The notes below the pieces were generated by a model that did no database searches, was not told the DNA's origin, and saw only the letters and a program-made list of their open reading frames with translations. DNA of 63,689 bases from a virus. Shown here in pieces: positions 61,782-63,689 of the stretch (position 1 is the first letter of the stretch; every line of letters begins with the position of its first letter). Both the position numbers and the translations under genes were made by a program. The stretch lies in the IMG/VR virus record IMGVR_UViG_3300029951_000027. One strand, given 5' to 3'.

Positions 61782-62147
61782 TCAGCCGACCTGGACGGTC
61801 ACCGTCTGCGCGACGGGCTGCATGTTGGCCGGGGGCGGCACCGGCGTCGGGCTGGGGGCGGGTGCTGAGACGGTGCCGCTGTAGCTGACCGCCGCGCCCA
61901 GCGCCGCGCCCGTGCTGTCGACGGTCTGGACCGAACCCGTGAAGCCGCCGACCGGGATGTCGTCTGCGAAGACCAGCGTCGTCACGAGCGTGGACGAACC
62001 GTCCGGGTTTGGCGTCAGGGTGCTGGCGGAGACGGTGCCGGTGTGCTGTGCGCCTTCGCTGTCCACGACCGTGGCGTTGAAGCTGGCCGTGGTGACGCCA
62101 CTGGCGACGCTGGTGAGTGCCGCCACGATGAGGAGGGAAAGTTTCAT
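61782..62147 (-). CDS. secreted Thr/Ser/Val-rich protein with signal peptide
   Basis: The N-terminus is MKLSLLIVAALTSVASG, with AGGA upstream and a Pro-rich C-terminal segment. Confidence 0.55.
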   Translation of the reverse strand: MKLSLLIVAALTSVASGVTTASFNATVVDSEGAQHTGTVSASTLTPNPDGSSTLVTTLVFADDIPVGGFTGSVQTVDSTGAALGAAVSYSGTVSAPAPSPTPVPPPANMQPVAQTVTVQVG

Positions 62148-62207
62148 TTCAGGTTCCTAGCTAGGGAGTTGTGACCACACTTGACGCGGTGGCCTTGCGG
62201 TTTGTAA

Positions 62208-62358
62208 GGTGTCGAGCGCAGGAATCGAACCTGCCGCGAGTGTTGAATGGACTGTTGGTGCTTGCGCACAAGGCTGCCAGCCCTACAGCTACGCCGAACG
62301 CATGCCTTCTGACAGATGCCTGCGTTCGACCACTCGGCGCACCATTGCACCGCTCGAC
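62208..62358 (-). ncRNA. tRNA-like module: canonical T-arm and 7-bp acceptor stem, with a non-canonical 113-nt three-hairpin body
   Basis: The T-arm is GCAGG-TTCGATT-CCTGC (62234..62218). The acceptor stem pairs GTCGAGC (62358..62352) with GCTCGAC (62217..62211), followed by ACC. The interior folds completely into helices (see findings) but has no D or anticodon arm of standard geometry. Confidence 0.5.
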
Positions 62359-63346
62359 GAAATTGGATGGCCTTCTCCGTGCGACTTACGTCCACGGCGA
62401 GGCGGCCTATTACGCGCCTTCCTCAAGGGCGCGACACATCGGTGCCGGTTGCGGCCGGCGTCGTTCGGCGGATTCTGCTTCTCGACCGCTTTTGTCCGCA
62501 CGAACCTACCACGCATAACCCGGTGGCCTGTAGGCGGACTAATTTGGCGCGAGCACCGCCCAGCCCGTGACGCATGGTGGCAACTCGATCCCTCTCAGGA
62601 TTGGAGATTCCACGCGCTCGGTAACGCAGGTTCAGATGCAGTGCTCGCATAAATGTTACGGTGGACAGCCCACCCTTGGCGCTGCCGTGCCCATCACTGG
62701 GTGCGGGCAAGCCGCCCACCGTAACGTTCAATGAATGCTTTAGCAGAACGCCTCTTGTCGCATACGCAGATTGGTACCATCTACGCAGCCAAGCGACTGA
62801 CCTGAGCGCCTCCTCCAGAATCATGCCGGCAGCTTGGCCGGTGTACTTCCGGTTAATCTACCTTGCATGCCACGACGACCACTTACAGAGCGCGAAGCGC
62901 CCTGCTAAAGCATTCAATCTTCTCGAATTGTGAAAGAGCGGGTGTCACAGGGCGCTTCGTAGCCGGCGCATACTCGGCATTGCCCTGTGACGTGTGACTT
63001 GCGCCACCATGCGCGGCCTACTTGCATAGGCAGGTCGCAGGACATGTGCAAGCATGGCCCACGTATGATGCGATGTCCCAGATTTGTGATGGTCACCTAC
63101 CCCTGGGCGGGGTGTCCCGTGACGAGCTGGCCGGGCGTGCATCCTGTGAAGGCTGCGGCGCCAAGCCTACGGGCTGTTGTGCGATGGTGCTGGTTATGTT
63201 CTGTTGAAGTGCAAGGCGAATGCCCTTCGGCTTGCCGAGTACCCACCACGGTGCATAGCCGCCTAGTGGACACTCGCCTTGCGCTTCGTGTTGGTTGCAC
63301 TGTAAGCCGGTTAGCAGTACGGTGCAACTTGACGGCGGCAGGCTGA
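62359..63346 (-). ncRNA. candidate large structured non-coding RNA (family unknown)
   Basis: No protein-like ORF is present. Several 10-20 bp long-range helices contain G.U pairs, and GNRA loops are valid only on the minus strand. The block is co-oriented with its flanking genes, with no intervening terminator. Confidence 0.35.
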
Positions 63347-63520
63347 CTACTTCTTCTTGCTGGCCTGCGCCATGCGCGAAGCCTTCCTGCGCTCGGCTTC
63401 GATAGCGGCCTTGATGTCGCCCTTCGACTTGCCGGCGCCGGCGATATGCGGGCGGCGCAAGGACTTGCCCATCGCGGCGTATCCGTTGGCAGTGTGGACC
63501 TTGGTGAAGCGGCGGGGCAT
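63347..63520 (-). CDS. small basic protein (57 aa)
   Basis: I read it manually as MPRRFTKVHTANGYAAMGKSLRRPHIAGAGKSKGDIKAAIEAERRKASRMAQASKKK. AGGAG lies 9 nt upstream and G/C is strong at third codon positions. It is below the ORF-track cutoff. Confidence 0.55.
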   Translation of the reverse strand: MPRRFTKVHTANGYAAMGKSLRRPHIAGAGKSKGDIKAAIEAERRKASRMAQASKKK

Positions 63521-63562
63521 GGAGTGGCTCCTGGTTGGTTGCTGTGACCACGGTGTATCGGT

Positions 63563-63689
63563 CGTTCAGGCGTTGTGCCGGCATCAAGCTGTGGTACAGT
63601 TGCTGGACAACCAGGAGCAAACATGAGCGGCAATAGCTATCGAAGACGTCTTAAGAAGGCCGAACGCAAGGGCTTTGTGCAAGGCTGGC
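63563..63689. repeat. Terminal direct repeat copy B (identical to 1..127)
   Basis: Read directly. It contains the promoter-like site, RBS and first 67 nt of the gene that starts at 61. Confidence 0.95.

Noticed and set aside
62208-62240. The tRNA 3' fragment read as a phage attP core next to a decayed integrase
   Set aside because: I saw no integrase or recombinase motif (R..HxxR..Y, or a serine-recombinase signature) in any frame of the adjacent 1.2 kb or anywhere else in the genome. The matching 5' acceptor strand is present 141 nt upstream, so the element is a complete folded module and not a truncated host tRNA. An attP role is not formally excluded without host sequences.
62725-62920. 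A tmRNA, suggested by GCTTTAGCAG (which resembles the ALAA tag-coding end) together with a tRNA-like 3' end
   Set aside because: The acceptor stem has no G3.U70 pair. The GCTTTAGCAG string occurs as the two arms of a 15-bp inverted repeat, so it is a helix and not a tag ORF. No in-frame ...ALAA-stop tag is present, and the 5' GGGGCUGAUUC-type end is absent.
62144-63346. Overlapping track ORFs inside the ORF-free block (for example 62423..62824 minus, 62209..62652 plus, 62987..63346 plus, 63093..63620 minus)
   Set aside because: They overlap one another in several frames and on both strands, are rich in Arg/Pro/Cys/Trp, and lack Shine-Dalgarno sequences. They cut across the long-range helices. 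None shows a recognisable motif, so the block is treated as non-coding.
62148-63346. A group I or group II intron, or RNase P RNA
   Set aside because: I could not find the group I R/S elements, the group II 5' GUGYG with a domain V hairpin, or the RNase P GGAAAGUCC and ACAGAACCCGGCUUA blocks by eye. There are also no flanking exon halves of an interrupted gene. This is a weak rejection and a covariance-model search is required.

Overview
The first 127 bases are repeated exactly as the last 127 bases, so the window is a closed or terminally redundant tailed-phage genome of 63,562 unique bp. It looks GC-rich by eye, which I did not compute. All calls come from motif reading, gene order and RBS or terminator context, with no database search.

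Layout:
- The plus-strand block (61..27371) holds replication, recombination and nucleotide-metabolism genes: AEP primase/helicase, ThyX-like enzyme, ATP-dependent ligase, Sak4-like ATPase, DUF669 SSB-like protein, MazG, Cas4-like nuclease, SF2 helicase, DnaN-like clamp, family-B polymerase and UvrD-like helicase.
- This block also contains a five-gene 7-deazaguanine DNA-modification operon (queE, gat-queC, queD, folE, dpdA).
- The minus-strand block (63520..27368) runs in transcription order: a small basic protein, an ORF-free ~1.2 kb structured region ending in a tRNA-like module, two tail-fibre genes (one an SGNH esterase), about 20 small accessory genes (Lar-like, NUDIX, KGG/YciG-like, ASCH-like, Hjc-like nuclease), then TerS, TerL, portal, MuF, scaffold and capsid.
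- It continues with head-tail joining genes, a contractile tail (sheath, tube, chaperone with a -1 frameshift, SLT tape measure), the baseplate, the M15 endolysin and a 3TM holin.
- I saw no integrase, repressor, canonical tRNA or CRISPR array.

Most interesting:
- The candidate large minus-strand structured RNA (62148..63346) and its 149-nt tRNA-like 3' module (62208..62358).
- The Gat-QueC/DpdA cluster, which predicts deoxyarchaeosine-type DNA.
- An SF2 helicase ending in the SSB C-terminal tip DDDIPF.
- A C-terminal module repeated in four proteins, one of them histone-H1-like.
- A membrane/secreted three-gene insert inside the head module.
- A PKD plus GH54-like decoration candidate.

Many long ORFs in the track are antisense shadows typical of GC-rich DNA and were not called.
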